From Amoebidium appalachense (lineage: Eukaryota > Protista > Ichthyosporea), in contig CAVNZM010000011.1 in the NCBI GenBank assembly GCA_963693365.1, forward strand, positions 2,216,989 through 2,280,988: a DNA stretch of 64,000 nt. The letters run 5' to 3'. A model generated the notes under the pieces. That model was not told where the DNA came from, ran no database searches, and saw only the letters and a list, made by a program, of their open reading frames with translations. Position numbers and translations under genes: made by a program. This document shows, piece by piece, positions 31,716-58,187 of the stretch. Position 1 is the first letter of the stretch. The number at the start of each line of letters is the position of its first letter.

Positions 31716-32824
31716 TGCACGGTGAAAGAGTGTGAGAACATTAGAAATGGGTTGTTGGCATGACCAGCGTTCATGTGCTCGTGTATCCTTTTTTGCGTGT
31801 GAAGTAAAACTCTAAAAGGAGGGGCAGATGGGCGGGCGGTTCCGAAGAAGGTGGTGGGGCAGGCAGAGAGGGGGTGGGGGTGGGGTGGGGGGAGGGGGGG
31901 AAGGGGGGGTAAAGTAGTAGAATCTTGTATGTGAGGGAGCCCATGTGTGCAATACGTGTGTAATCGTCCGAGGATGTATTCTCAACATGCTATGGTGCTG
32001 GTTGCTGCTTACAAAAGTGCATATCTACACGCACGTGTGCACATGCAGGATATGTCCGTTCTGTGTCTTCATGTCCCTCAGATCAAACCAGAAACAATGT
32101 GTGCCAACAGCCATACGTGGGCCTGTGTAACGCCATTTATCAGGGCATGCTGAAATGCAATTTAGAAAACACACACGCTTTCTTGCGTACATGCCCATAC
32201 ATACATAAACCTATCTTGCATGGACATGCACACCCGCTTATCACATGCACATGCACACACACACACACGCCACAAACACACACCCACCCACCCACCTGCA
32301 CACCCAGCTACGAACACCCACCTCCACCCCCCACCATCCCTACCACCCACCCACCCACCCACACCCACCTCCATCCGCACCCCCTCACCTCCCCACCCAC
32401 GAACACCCACACCCACCCACCCACGCCTGCACACACACACACACACCCGCCCACGCACACACGCACATACTTTGCCATGTTCTTGAAGTCTGCACGGAAC
32501 TCGTGTCCCAGGTCGATTGCTTTTTGGCACATCTCCCGGCACTTCTCCATGTCTCCCACCTCAAAGTGCACAGCTGCAAACCCAATCCACCGTCAGCTTT
32601 GTTTCTTGCTGCTAGGCATGTACCCCCCCCCCACCCCCAACCACCTCACACACATACACACTGATGCCCTTAGCAGGCATTTCCTTGTCGCCACCTACCA
32701 ACCGGAAAAAAGAAAAACCCAGAAACTATTAACCCCCCCATCCCCCCCTCCCCAAGCGAATCTTCCCCCCCCCCCCCCCCTCTTAAAGGAGGGATAAAAA
32801 TACGTAAACGTACTACTCCTATTG

Positions 32825-32874
<50 letters not shown>

Positions 32875-33217
32875 TACCTGCAGCGTTAGTGCAGTAGAGC
32901 ATGTTTGTAGGGTCCAACTCCATAGCTTTTGTATAGTGGGCCAGCGCAGTGTCAAACTGTTTTTTCTTGTATGCCTCGTTGCCTGCCTCTTTTTCCTTTT
33001 CCGCATCTTTTTTCTTCATTTCTTCCTCATCGAGTTCCATAGGGTCATCCTCTGGCTCCGGCTCCGAGGGTTTTGGTTTTTCCTTGGGGGGTTCCTTTGC
33101 GGGTTCTTTCTTCTGTGGCGGGGGGCTCGATGGGGGTGACTGTGTGCCGTTTGAGGCCTTGAGGTTGACACCCATGAGAGCTCCGAGAAGACCGAGCATG
33201 CGTGGGTCGCCCAGCAT

Positions 33218-33276
<59 letters not shown>

Positions 33277-34115
33277 AAGGTGTGAGTATCAGGAGCACAA
33301 GAAACATTGCAGTGTGCATGCATTGTGTGCGCGTGTGTGCGGGGGTGGGGGTTGTGGTAACTAAAATCCACATCCTCCCCCTCCCCTTCTTCCGGCTCCC
33401 TCCCTCTAAAAGAAGAAAGTAATTCTTACATGCATACAACACACACACACACAGAGAGAGAGAAAGCGAGAGAAAAAGAAGCGAGAGATAGAGAGCGAGA
33501 GTGAGTAAAAGAAGGGAGAAAGAGAGGGGAGAGGGAAAGGGAGAAAAGAAAGGGGAGCACGAGAGGGAGAGGGCACAGGCATTCAAGAAAGATGTGAACA
33601 CGCACTCCCAGCCAAAAACAAGAGAGGCAGACGGTAGACAAGTGTGAGATTGTCGAGTCACATACTCTCCCAGCTAAAATGGAAGATTTAGATATCTGTG
33701 AGATAGTCGAAGCACACAAGTGGATGAGAGAGCTATAATAGAATTATGTAAAATAGTCGGAGCACCTATTCTTCAACCACAAAGGAGAGATTAGGATATC
33801 CGTGAGATAGTTGGGGAAAGTATTTGTCAGCTAGTAAAGAGGAATTTAGATATCTGTATATTCGTGAGATATTTGGGGCACGTACTCTCCAAGCTTATTC
33901 GGATCCTGCTGCAGTGTCTTCACATTGGCCACAAACGTGGGGTCGGCCATGTGCCTGCTGAGCTCGGGGCTGGCTGCAATAGTCTGCCACACAGACCCAC
34001 TGCGCAGCGCCTGTGTGACCTTGGCCATGGGGTCGGAGGCCTCGGCCACTGTGGTGTGTGTGTGTGTGTGTGTGTGTGCGCGTGCGCGCGCGTATGTTGT
34101 GTTTAGGGTGGGGAG

Positions 34116-34147
<32 letters not shown>

Positions 34148-34322
34148 GGGGGGGGGGGAAAGGCGGAAAGGTAGGCTCAGTAAGTGGCGGTAGCAAGGAA
34201 GACGGTGTGTTGGAAGTTGAATAGTGGGCTGCGTGTTAGATGGGTGGGAAGGAGGGGGAGAGGAGTGAAAATGAGAGAGGAAGCAGGGAAGTGGTGAAAG
34301 ATTGAAGTGTCTGAGTGTCTGG

Positions 34323-34355
<33 letters not shown>

Positions 34356-34483
34356 GGGAGAGGGGGGGGGGGGGGGGGGGGGGGGCAGAGGGGCAAGAAG
34401 CTGGCACTGTGTGTGTGTGTGTGTGGAGGGGGGAGGGCGGAGGAGGACCGTCCTTAAACATCTTCAAAGACTCCTTATTTATA

Positions 34484-34523
<40 letters not shown>

Positions 34524-36552
34524 AAAAAGAATGTCCGACAAAACCTTCAGCCACAACCAGATTATCTTCCTTCCTGTTTTCGATATGGCACACAATCACA
34601 ACTATCTCCGCTACCATCCCCCCCCTCCCCTCCCCCCCCCCTCCCCACCTTTGCCCAAGTCCTCTGCTAGCTATACCTACCACTTCCCCATCCTCCTCCT
34701 CAATGCAATAGGTCTCTCCCCCGCTTCCCTCGATCCAACCTCTTATCCAGACCATCAAACATCCTACCCGCAAACAACTCACTACCCCCCCCCCCCCCCC
34801 CCTTTCCCCTCGTCCCCCATCCCCTCTCTCTACCCCAACACACACACAACCACCCATGACACTCGGCTCCACTCACATCCACCCCTCCTCCATCCATCAC
34901 CACTTGCGGGTATGCAGCCCTCCACCCACTACCCCCCCCCCCCCCCCCCCCCCCAAACCCCCCACACACACACACACACATACTCTTCTGCTGGGCCACA
35001 TCCTCAAGGGCCTTTGTGAGGGTGGGGTCATTGGGGCACATCTTCAGGCCGTCACTGTACGTGTCCATGGCCTCATCCAGACGGCCCAAAAACGCAAGTG
35101 CAGTGCCCTTGCGGGAGTAGCCCTGTATGCGGGTGAGGGGGGGTGAGTGCCTGTTTGACATGCCATTGTCGAAAAAGCCGTGCTGGGAAGACACGGGGGA
35201 AGGGGGGAGGGTGGGGGACCAAATTCTGCAAAGCAGGTCTGAGGGAACGAGATGGAGAGGGCAGGCCGCAGGGGGAGGGGAGGGGGGGGGGAGAGGCAGG
35301 CAGGCTGCAGGGGGGGGGGGGGGGGGTTGAGCTAGAACATATTTGCTGGAATAATGGACTGCGGGGAAAGGGGCGAGGGGGGTGGAGTGGCACCCCGGGG
35401 CTGAGAGATGGGGCCCAAGTGCATGCCCAGCGAGGAGGCAGCACAAGATACATTGGGGTTCTGCTCGTCGGAGCGCAAGGTAGGGGAAAGGGGCGGGGCA
35501 GGGCCCGGGGGACGGGGGGAGGGGGGGGGGGGGGGGGGGGGGGGCGGGGGGGGAAGGGCGATAAAAGCGGAGATAGCAGGAGACAGTCCGGTACAACGTG
35601 TGTATCCCAAACGTTCTCTGGCAATCTCAGCCAAGAAACGAGGTCTTACACCACAGGGAAAAGGGAGAGGAAGGGGGAGGCGGAGCCAGGGCGGCAAGGG
35701 GGAGAAGGAGGGGGAGGGAGGGGGTGTGTGAGTGTGAGGGGGGGCCGGGGGAGGGGGGAGGTGGGGGGGAGATGGAAGAGCAAACATGTTAGAACAGCCA
35801 CCCACCCAGAAGTGTGCATGCATGCACCCAGAACACACTCACGTACCTTGGCCCAGTCGTTCTTGAGCTTAATAGTCTTCTCTGCATCCTTAAGGGCCAG
35901 ATCATACTGGCCACTGGCTGCATAGGCACCGGACCTGCAAAAAGATGGTTTCAGATCATACACAAAACCGAAAAAAGCGAGAGACAGGCGCGCAATACAC
36001 ATGGAAGCAAAGGCATAACGTGACAGGCACTGCACACAGATTTTGCAGGAGATGTTGTACAAACCTGACTTGAATCACAGATCCACAGAAACTCTATGCC
36101 TCTAAAACAAACCCACCACCCACCTGTTGCTGTAGAGCACATGGTTTGTCGGGGCCAGGGCTATGGCCTGTGTGAATAGATCAATAGCCTTCGGGTAGTC
36201 TTTGGATGTGAAGGCGGCGTTACCTTGGGCCTTGAGTGCTTCTGCCTGCATCCGGCAAAACCCACGTGTTAGAATGCAAAAAAATACAACGAACGAATGC
36301 AGGCATTCTATGTTCTCAGCCATTTATAGAAAAACAAAGTTGCAAGAAGCTTTTGCTGCACATAACACAGAACAGACGGTAGACACCTGCATATGAACGT
36401 TGCATATTCAGAGTTCGCAGTTGCCGTACGTTACACAGTTGCCATACTCAGCAGTACTTTTGCAACACAACAAACGAACAACACGAGGACACAAAAAAAA
36501 AAAAAACAGCACAGTCACTCCACCAACTTTGCGTTCCTACCTGGTCAGCCAT
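29042..36552 (-). CDS. STIP1: Hsp70/Hsp90 organizing protein STI1/HOP; 13 exons: 36552-36541, 36245-36124, 35934-35847, 35122-34984, 34048-33886, 33218-32878, 32573-32471, 31650-31530, 31104-30962, 30556-30441, 30156-29945, 29682-29612, 29114-29042
   Basis: TPR1 ([12 protein letters not shown]...HVLYSNRSGAY...WAKGYSRKG), DP1, TPR2A ([14 protein letters not shown]), TPR2B ([18 protein letters not shown]...[11 protein letters not shown]) and DP2 ([24 protein letters not shown]...KLVSAGII). All junctions are GT-AG and in phase. Confidence 0.96.
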
Positions 36553-38444
36553 TATTTCGGCTCTATGTTCAAGTTCTCAGCTTTTTCTGGGTGCTCTGAA
36601 CTTCTGAAGTCGCTTGATCATCAGTGGTGTGTTCAAAAGTTTGTTTGATTCTTGGTTGAAAAATCAGGAAAATGCTTGTGACTGGTAGCACACGGTACAT
36701 CGGGCTTGTGACGTACATGTTTTAAATTCTTAACGTTAGAATACAAAACCTATGTAAAGATGAATAAGAAGTATCTATTGGTTTAAAAGAAAAAGGGCGC
36801 GGTTCTGATATTAGCGGCTTTTCGGCTCTGGGGAGAAACCGCCTGGGGGCCTGGCCCGGGCCCCGGCGCCGGCCAGGTTTTTGTAGAGCCTCTCTCTGCA
36901 GCTCAGCCTGGGACCGGGTGACTGAGTGACTTGTACAAAATCCAAAAACTATCCACAGACTTGGTTTTTATGTGGTTTCAGGTTTGCTGCTGTGCGCCAG
37001 ACATGACTAAAATCATTATGCTGCCCAACCCGTCGTCTCTCATTGTGTCATTCCCCCTACAGCTGCTCGATTTCTGCTGACCACGCTCGGACCTAGGCCC
37101 GATGTGCAGGGCCGATTATCATGCCCCCATTCTGCTGTGACCTGAATGTGCTGACAACTAGTATGCAAAAGGTTGTTACAAAAGCAGCAATGCCATGTGA
37201 GCATTTTTAGCTCCAGTTTGGGCAGAGCTAGCGTAGCAGCATATATAACCACATTCGACCGATGTGCTGGATGCCATCCCTCTGTGCACACTTGAGAGAT
37301 TCGTTAAGCTCTTCACAGTGTGTGCAACTCTCCTTCAGACGAGTATCCCTTGTGTGCAGGCTAACAACGCTATTCTTCTATATGGAGTTATCGAACCTGT
37401 TATATTATCAAGAAGGACTCGGACACTTCGTCCCAACCTCTTCCACTGGCCGAGTGTCCGACAGCAGGCAGAACCCTCTAATCCCGTATGCATATGTTCA
37501 GTTAGGCAGCAGAAAGACGTAAAAGAAGCAGGCACGAGCACTCCGGGGTATACAGGAAGTTCGTGTGTGGTCCGAAACTGTGTGGTGACGTATGAACGTG
37601 TACCCGTGGCCGCACAGAAACCAGTTCTCTCCCCTAATCCGTCCCTGTCCACCCAGGCATGGACTAGCACGAGTAATGGCCATTACAGCCTATACTTTGA
37701 ACTTCGAAGACTAATGCCATTCCTCCCTCCTTCCGCCCCCCCTCGCCTCCTCCCGGACTCCCCCGCCTGATCCCCGCCCCCTTGCCCCGGGACCCCCGGG
37801 CTCTCTCTGCGGCCATATCCTCTTGCCACCAACACCAAGTCAGCTCCCTCCGCCCTTTTCCCTTTTACCTGATATGCCGCTTAGTGTACATATACTGCCT
37901 TATCCAACGGATTAGGCAGTTCTTTCCGCAGTTCTGCTCGTGGGCTTGCCCCAGCGGTTTGTGCTGGTGCACGTACACCTTCCCCCCCCCCCCCCCCCCC
38001 CCCCCCCCTGCTCACAAAAACAAACACATACACACAAACATAAAAAACAGGAGAACTGGGGTGTGGTCGCACATACGTGCACACATCATTGAAAGTCAAC
38101 CCTTCCTGCAGTTTATGTTTCTGACCGTCTGAACACCCTGACACCCTGGCAGTCTGGCCGCGGAGTCGTCCAGACTGTGCAACAGGATCCCCCCAGAGCA
38201 CGAAAGATGACGTCACGCTTCACGTGGGCCGCCCACTGCAGAATTTGGCGCCAACTTGCTGGCGATCAGCGGGGATCACACGCAGGTCTAAAAAAACAAA
38301 AAAAAAAAACACGAAGGCCAGCCTGCGCATACACACGCACAGACACGCAGAGATTTTGCTGAACGCACGCACAGTCTAACAGTATTCAAGCCCACCAATA
38401 AACACACGCACGTAGCTGTCGGTAGACACACACAGACAGGCAGG
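36553..38444. promoter_or_regulatory. Putative bidirectional promoter region between STI1 and TCP1
   Basis: Start codons are divergent and about 1.9 kb apart. The region is largely microsatellite-free, with a GC-rich inverted repeat near 36849-36877 and a CRE at 38208-38215. Confidence 0.45.
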
Positions 38445-50110
<11,666 letters not shown>

Positions 50111-51479
50111 AGCCCACCACCATGCATATGCACCAAGTAATGGGCTCCACGTGTGACCTGCCACCAATAGGAGCACCAGGGCTCCTTTATCGGATAATTT
50201 GCATAGATAGAACCCCCAATCCCGCCCCAACCCCCCAACCCCCCCCTTTTTATGGCCCGGCCACCGGTTGGCTGGGCCGAGCAGCCAGCGGGTCTGGCGT
50301 GTCACGTGACTAGCAAGTGAATTCGGCCCCGGCTAGTGCGGCCAGGGGCTATGTTTTTGTTGTCTGCACGTGTCGTGTTTGTAGAGCCCCCCCCCCCCTC
50401 CCCTCCCTCCCAAAGGGCCCCCAGGGCCTCTCGTATATCCTTGTGGCATGTTGACACACGGTATACATTCAGATGCGTCGCACGTTCTTCGATTACGACC
50501 CTCCCCCCCCTCCGCCCTCTCCCTTCAAGATCTTTCGACCGCGGGTGGCCGGAAAGCACTTGCAATTGGCATAACTACACGTGGACTATGCTTGAGATGA
50601 TAGACCCATGCACGGTCGATTGGTGCATGCGCATGCCCATCTGTGCAGTTACGCATTTTTGCATGCATCATGCGCGTGCGCACAACACAGCTGGGCACTG
50701 TGTGCTGCTGGCTTTGACCTGTGCGGTACCGTGCTCTGTTTGCATGTCCGGGGCCCACAGCCAACCTTGCGCCGTTCCTCATGACACGACAACACAAGGT
50801 GCATGCAAGCACACAACTTGCCAAAGGGATCATTTCTTGTGCATATCTTGTGAATGATGCATGCAGCATCGATCCTGGACGTGTTCACGATAGGCAGGCA
50901 CTTGAAGCCAAGCGCGACGGATGGGTGCACGCAGCAACCAGAGAGAGCACACACAACAGCATCAGCCTAGGCCTACACGTGCTTGCGCCTGCTCGTTTAC
51001 TCTTGACCCTGTTTGCGTTATCATGTGTTTTTACAACTGAAGGTGTGACGACCAAGCTCTTATGCAAGAGTCATGGATGAATCATGTGTTCGTGACGTAC
51101 ATTTGATCATTTATCAGTGAAGTTCGGCGTCATTGAGGCACCCTTAGTGAACACACCACTTTGCAACAAAACACGAGGCACACCACGGCACGTGTTTTTT
51201 TACCTTGCAGCACTATATAAACGCAAATTTCTGCAACTCTAGCCCCGGGGCTAGGGCACACGCACACAGCCACGGGCAGACGAACTCGCTACTGTAGACC
51301 GAATGCACGTGTGCACACATACACGCAAGGACAGAACTGATTTCTGCAGTTAGCTCAGCATACACACGAACACACACGCACACACACGCAGAAACACGCA
51401 CACGCCCTGGCCAAGGCCCTTGGAACACGCGCACAGCTAGGCCATATGGGTCAGACAGAGCGCTAGGCGCTGAGGCAGC

Positions 51480-52959
51480 ATGGCGGGGTCGCTGCTGGAT
51501 GCCCTGAGAGACCCCATCCTGGTGCTGGCTTTGCAGGTGGGTGCAGTGCAGGTGCGCACATGGGCACGCACAGAGGCACGGGCACATGCAAATGCACAGG
51601 CCAGGCACTTCACAGGCAAAGGCACGGGCATGCACACGCACAGCCGTGCACAGATAAAGGCACACATACGCACGTACGGCCACACATAAACACAGGCTCA
51701 GGCAGAGGCGCAGGCGCAGGCACACCCACAGGCAGGACCACAGGCACACACACATACACGTGTACGACCACGGGCACGTGCACGAGTCCCAAGCCCCGGC
51801 GGGAGGAGACAGGCACAGGCAAAGGCACAGGCACAGGCACAGGTGCACACACCAGGCACACAGGGGTTTTCACACGCACAGACACATCACAGGCAGACAT
51901 CAGGCTTTTAAGCGCACAGGCGCAGGCACAAACACAGGCACAGGCACATACAAGGGGGGCCACACTCACAGGCAAGGGCACGGGCATACAGGAGCGTATA
52001 CAGGGCATATACAGGCACACACATGGGCAGAGGCACACACACAGGCACAGAAAAAGACACAGGCAGGGAGAGGCACGGTCAGGAGGAACAGGCACAGGCA
52101 CACACGGGGCACGTGCAAGCACAAACCCTTCATAAATTACACATTCTTTTTACCCCCCCCCCCCCCCCCCCCCCCCACTTCTCCCCCCTCGTCCCCCCTG
52201 TTGGCTTGACTGGGGCCACCCTTCTGTTCTTTGCATGGTGTAACACTCCCCCTCCCCCCCCCCCCCCCCCCCCCCCCAACACACACACACACACACACAC
52301 CGCCCTTTCCTTGGTTCCACAGGGCACGGTGTCTGAGCTGAACACGGCTGCACGCAAGTGGCTGGGTGTTGGGGATGGCACAGGCCAGGCGCTTGGAACA
52401 CTGTGTTCCAACCCAGACGAACTCCTCGATTCAGCAAGTGGGGCCGGGGCGGTCTGTATTGGGAAATGGCGCACGGTTGGGGGAAGATGTGTGCAGGCAG
52501 AGACACACGTGCGGTTGTTGAGGGGGCACTCGGAGACACAGGTGGTGGTGCACATTGCAGGCCATGCACGTGCAGCAGAAAAGGAGACGGCCTGGGGCCC
52601 CGTGTTCCAGAGCACGAGAGAGGGCGTGTTGGTGGTTGCGGCAACCGGGGGTGTGGTGGCTGCGAATGAGGCGGCGTGTCAGTTGTTTGGGAGGGCGGAT
52701 TTGGCGGGGACGGATGTGAGAGATTTGTTCCCTGGGGCAAGCAGAGATGCACGGTGGGCACAGATCAGGGCACTTATGCAACAGGAGAGGAGCAGGGGGA
52801 GTGGGGCGGCACACAGACAGGAGAGACGGGTGAGTGTGTCTCGCTGTATATTTCTTTTCGCCTCCTCGCTCTCTCTTTCTCACATACACACACACACACA
52901 CTCTCTCTCTCCCTCCCCGCCCCTCTCTCTCTTTCTCCCCCCCCCCCCCCTCTCCCTCC

Positions 52960-52995
<36 letters not shown>

Positions 52996-53832
52996 CCTCG
53001 CTCGCTCCCTCCCCTCTCCCCCCGTCCTTCCCTCCCTCCCTCACTCCTTCCCTCCCTCTCTCCCGCGCTCCCTTTATATCGCTTTCCCCCTCCCCCTCCT
53101 TCTCACTCTCTCTCTCTTTCTCTCTCCCCTTCCCCCCCCCCCCCCCCCCCCCCCCTATCTGTCTATCTATCTATGTATCTATCTATCTCTCCGTCTATCT
53201 ATCTCTCCACGAAACCCCCCACCCTGTCTCCTTTTCCCTTTTCCGGCCTTTTGCTTCCACCAGGGAAAATCTTTCTTTCTCCTCTTCCCCCCCCCACATG
53301 TCGGTAGCTGCCTCACCCGCCCTTCCTTGCCTCCCTTCTCTCCCCTTTCCCCCTCTCGCTTCCTCTCCTCTCCCCCCCCCCCCCCCCCCCCCCGTTTCCT
53401 CTCTCCTGCTCCTTCCTTCCATGCCTCCCCCCCCCCCCCCCCCTCCACCCTTCCCTCTCTCCCCGGCCCTCCCCCCTCCCCCCCCCCCCCCCCCCGTTTC
53501 TCTCGTCGTTTCTCTTTTGTGTGTATGTGTGTGTGTGGTGTGTGCGTACGTGTGAGTGCATGCCTATTAGGATGCCGTGTGCGCGTACATGGGCTTGTAT
53601 GTGTTTCTTGTGTCGTGCTTTTTATTCTTTTCTGTTGTAACTGTGTGATTGTGTGTGGTTTTTTTTCTAACCCGCTTTTATCTCTAAATGGATAGTTGCT
53701 ACCGTGTATCCTCTATGTCCATGCCTTACGTGCGCTCGCCTGCCTGCCTGCCTCCCCTCCAGTTTATAGATAGTGCCCTTACGGCTGCACTGTAGTGGGT
53801 ATGCATGTAGTTCAATCACTTACATCCCCCCG

Positions 53833-53867
<35 letters not shown>

Positions 53868-53990
53868 TTCAAGTGTCTTCTGCCTGCAAGCTTAAGTTGT
53901 TTGATTTTGGATTTCCCACTTTTGTGACGTTTTGTTGTTGCTCTTTGTTATCTCCTCCATATTTTCAACCCTCTAACGCATACATCTCCC

Positions 53991-54042
<52 letters not shown>

Positions 54043-56103
54043 CCTTCTTCTCGGGCTGCCACAGATGCAAGGCCTACGTGGTGATGGTACTGTGGGTGGG
54101 CTGTCTGTGCTCGTGTCCTCCCTGGCCCCCAGTGACGGGGTGGAGGGGTGCCTGTACCTGCTGCACGTGCAGGACACCAGCCAATCAGACATCAGCAGCG
54201 CAAAACAGGCACAGCTATTGGCTAGCAACCGCCTTTTATGGGCAATGGGGGTGGCTGTGATTGGTGTAGACCCTCAGGGCATTGTCGTTTCAGCCAATCC
54301 GGCGGCAGCGTCTATGCTCGGGCATGTGGGCCCGGCAGACTTGGTGGGAGTCGGAGTGGGGGCAATTTTGTCAGATGAGTGTGTGACCCAGTGTTTGCCC
54401 CCCCTCGTACGGACCGAGACGGATAGGTGGACGGCGAATGGGAGATATGTAGCACGGAGGAGGGACGGGGGCCGATTGCCTGTGGATGTTTGTGTGTCAC
54501 AGGCAGAGGGGGAGGGGGAGGTGATGTATGCCGTGACTTTATGCGACGCCACGTTGGCGACACACACGGAGAAGGAAGTGGAGTCTGAAAGACAGCAAAA
54601 GGTGTTGTTGCAATATCAAAAGGAGGCTCTATTGGCGAGCAGTATGGATGCGGTGTTGCTGATTACAGACAAGGGGGTGATTGAGGAATACAACAGGGCA
54701 GCAGAGAGGATGTTTGGTTATTCGGCTAGTGAGGTGGTGGGGCAGAACGTGAGCCTGCTGATGCCTCAGGAGTTGGGTAACCTCCACCAGGGGTACATCG
54801 ATAGGCACGTTACAAACCAGACTACAGGCGCTGCTAGGCCCGTGGGACGCAAGAGAAAGGTGTGTGTACGTTTGTGTGGGGATGGGGTTTGGTGGGCGGG
54901 TGGGTGGGTGGGTGGGTGTGTGTGTGTGTGGGTGTGTGGGTGTGGGTGTGGGTGTGTGTGTGTGTGGAGGGTAAGGAGGAGAGGGGGGAGGGGGGGGGGG
55001 GGGGGGAAGGAATTTGATTTTGGCTGCGCTGTGGTTTTTTGCTGGCAGGGGAGGAGAGGGAGGGGGGAGGGGGTCATTTCTTTTTTGTGGGGAGTTAGCC
55101 GTTTTTTTTTTGTTTTTGTTTTTTTTTGTTTTTTTTTTTGCCCCCCTGTGTGAGGTGTCATTAGTTTCTGCCTGTCCGCCGCATGCTGATCGATCTTCCC
55201 AGCTTGTTGGTGTTCGGCGGGATGGCAGCCGGCTGCCGATTGTGTTGAATGTTGCCGACGTGCAGGTGCTAGGCCAGGGACCGAGGTCCTTTGTCAGCTG
55301 CATAAGGGACGTCACGGACTATGATAAGGTGCATGGGCGTGGGGGGGATACGGAGGTGGAGATAGGGGGAAAGGAGGGGGGGAAGGGGAGGGGAGGAGAA
55401 GGGGGGAAGGGGGGAAGGGTTTGGGGGTGGGGGTATATTTGTGAGGGCGTGGGGGGATGGAAGGGAGACGAGGAAGGGGGTGGGGATGTGTGGGCGAAGT
55501 GGAGTGGAGAATGTAGTGTATGTGTGTGTGTTTGGGGGGGGGGGGGGAAGGGGTCATATGGGTGACGAGAGCGTGGGGATGGGTTTGTGGTTGTGTGGAC
55601 GATTGGTGTACTCATGCGATTGTCTGCCTGTGTGGAAACATTGGGTGGGAAGCATGCAATGGCTATGTGTTTGGGGAGATTAGGGAAGGACAAGGAAGGA
55701 ATTTAAGGAGAATGGCTGCACTAGATAATGCACTCTAGGGTATAAAGAAGGGAAGGAGAGATGTATGGGGAGTGTGTGGTTAGTGTTTCGATCTCAATTA
55801 TGCTCGGGGATGGGGCAGATTCAAGCTCACACCACACACACATACGGACGTGCGCGCCGGCTTACGGATATATACACATATCCTCACAAACACTCACACA
55901 AGCACCTCAGCCCATCATCCTCTTTTTGTGGCATTTTGTAGTTTGTCCTTTGGTGTTTCATCTATATATCCAACCCTCTAACGCATACATCCCCCCCCCC
56001 CCCCCCCCCCCCCCCCTCCCCCCCCCCCTCCAAAAAAACAAACAAAAAAAACCCCTCAAATGCATACCCCTCCCCCCTCCTTACATCTTCCCATCCTCGT
56101 TAA

Positions 56104-56152
<49 letters not shown>

Positions 56153-56300
56153 ACACACACGCACGCACACACCACCACCACCACCACCACCACCACCACC
56201 ACCACCACCACCACCACCATACACACTCGTTGTCCCCCTATCCCACACAGACACACACACACACAAACACACACCACTCTCACCCATCCACCCACCCATC

Positions 56301-56347
<47 letters not shown>

Positions 56348-57494
56348 ATCCCCCCCCCCCCCCCCCCCCCCCCCGGGCCCTCCTCTTCTCTAAACACACA
56401 CATGCACCACCACCTCCCCACATGCATACACACATAGGTGCTTGCCGACCTGGAGTGCAAGACACAGGAGATTGAGGCGATACTGCACAGCATTGGGGAT
56501 GGGCTGGTGGTGGTGGATGAGGGGGGCACCATTATGAGCTTCAACGGGGCTGCATCACGCATGTTTGGATACACACAGGAGGAGGCTGTGGGTACGTGCT
56601 TGTGGGTGGGTGGGTGGGTGGGTGGGTGGGTGGGTGGGTGGGTGTGGGTGTGTGTGTGGAGGTGTGTGTGGGGGGGGGTGCGTGTGTGTATGTGGGCGAG
56701 CGCGCACGCGTGTGTGTTTATGTGCGTATGCCCGTGAGGGTGTAGGTCTAACCATCCCTGCCTCCCTCCCCCCCCAAACACACACACACACAAAAAAAAT
56801 GTCCCCCTCCCCCTCCCCCCCCCCCCCCCCCCTCCCACCACCCCCCCCCCCCCCCCTTCCCCTCCCCACCCCCCCCCCCCCCCCCCCGTCTTCCCCTCTA
56901 CGTCTCCCCACCCCCCTCCCCTCTTCCCCTTTCCCCCTTTCGCCAACCCAACAATTTACCCTGCAGGCATGGGAGTAGAGCAGCTTGTTCCAGAGCACAT
57001 GGCGGAGCAGCACACGACCTTCATGCAGCGCTTTATGGACAGTGGGGATAAGGCCATGGGCCGGTTAATGGTTCGGGGCAGGCAGGTGAAGGCACGTAGG
57101 CGTGATGGCAGCACCTTTCCCTGTGTGATTACTCTCAGTGAGGTACAGGGCGGTCTGAGATCGGCTGTGGCTGCGGGTGCAGAACCAAGGAGACTGTTTA
57201 CTGCAAGTGTGAGGGATGTGAGTGATAAGGTGAGGGTTTGGTGGTGTGAAGGGGAATTGGGGGGGGGGGGGGGGGGGGGGTAGGCGAAGGTGGGTTTGGA
57301 AACCGGGGGGGAGGGAGGGGGGGGAGGGGGAGGGGGGGGGGGGGAGAAGGGTCGGTGGGTGTGGGGGGGGTGAAGGCAAGGAGGAGGAAGGAAATGGGTT
57401 GGGAGAGGGAAAGTACATGGGTGTGATGTGTATACATGTATCAACTTTGATGTTGGAGGAAGGCTTGGATGAAGTGGGGGAGGAGGTGGTGGGT

Positions 57495-57537
<43 letters not shown>

Positions 57538-58151
57538 GGAGACCAGAGGTATCATTTGGTTTTGTCGTATGTGTTGTGCCATTATGCAATTGGGCTCAAG
57601 AGAGTGAGAGTTGCCTCCTGTTGTGTGAGCAGTGACATGGTGGTGGAATCCAGACGGGTGGTGGACCTCTGTCGGTGTGTAGATGTGTGTATTAGAAAGC
57701 CTCCACATTGCGCACATGTGCTCGAATGTTTTGCTCCAAGGTTGTGCTCCAACCTTGTTTAGCACCCAATGTGCAATTGTGCATGTGCAATCACAAGCCT
57801 GATACTGACCGCCTGTGCCACCTAGATGGCCGCCGACTCAGCACTTCAAGCAGAGAAACAACTCGGTGCCGAGCGCACTGCCCGCATGGAGGCTATATTT
57901 AGCAGCGCCCTGGACGCTATTGTGATGATCGACGAACAGGGGGTAGTCTTAGAGTTCAACAATGCAGCCGTCAATTTGTTTGGCTGGCGGGCAGATGAGG
58001 TGGTGGGGCAACCGGTGGCTATGCTCATGCCGGATGATGTGGGGAGAATACACCAGGCGTATATTGACAGGTATCTGAGGAGTGGGGAGAAGGCTAAGGG
58101 TAGAGCTGTCGGCAAGAAGCGAAAGGTGCGTGTCTGTATGGGTGGGTGGGT

Positions 58152-58187
<36 letters not shown>

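Noticed and set aside
33689-33876. Three loose copies of GATATCYGTGAGATAGTYG in STI1 intron 5, and a 24-bp tandem duplication at 59891-59938
   Set aside because: Short local duplications with no further structure.
36565-36610. Heat-shock element upstream of STI1 (GAACTTCTGAA)
   Set aside because: GAA/TTC units are spaced by 1 nt rather than the 2 nt required for nGAAnnTTCn.
37264-37770. 168-aa ORF in the STI1-TCP1 intergenic region
   Set aside because: No family resemblance or exon signals; likely chance.
50721-51080. PGRVHD motif reminiscent of PIF/Harbinger or IS5 transposases
   Set aside because: The surrounding DDE motifs and TIRs are absent; a single short motif is insufficient.
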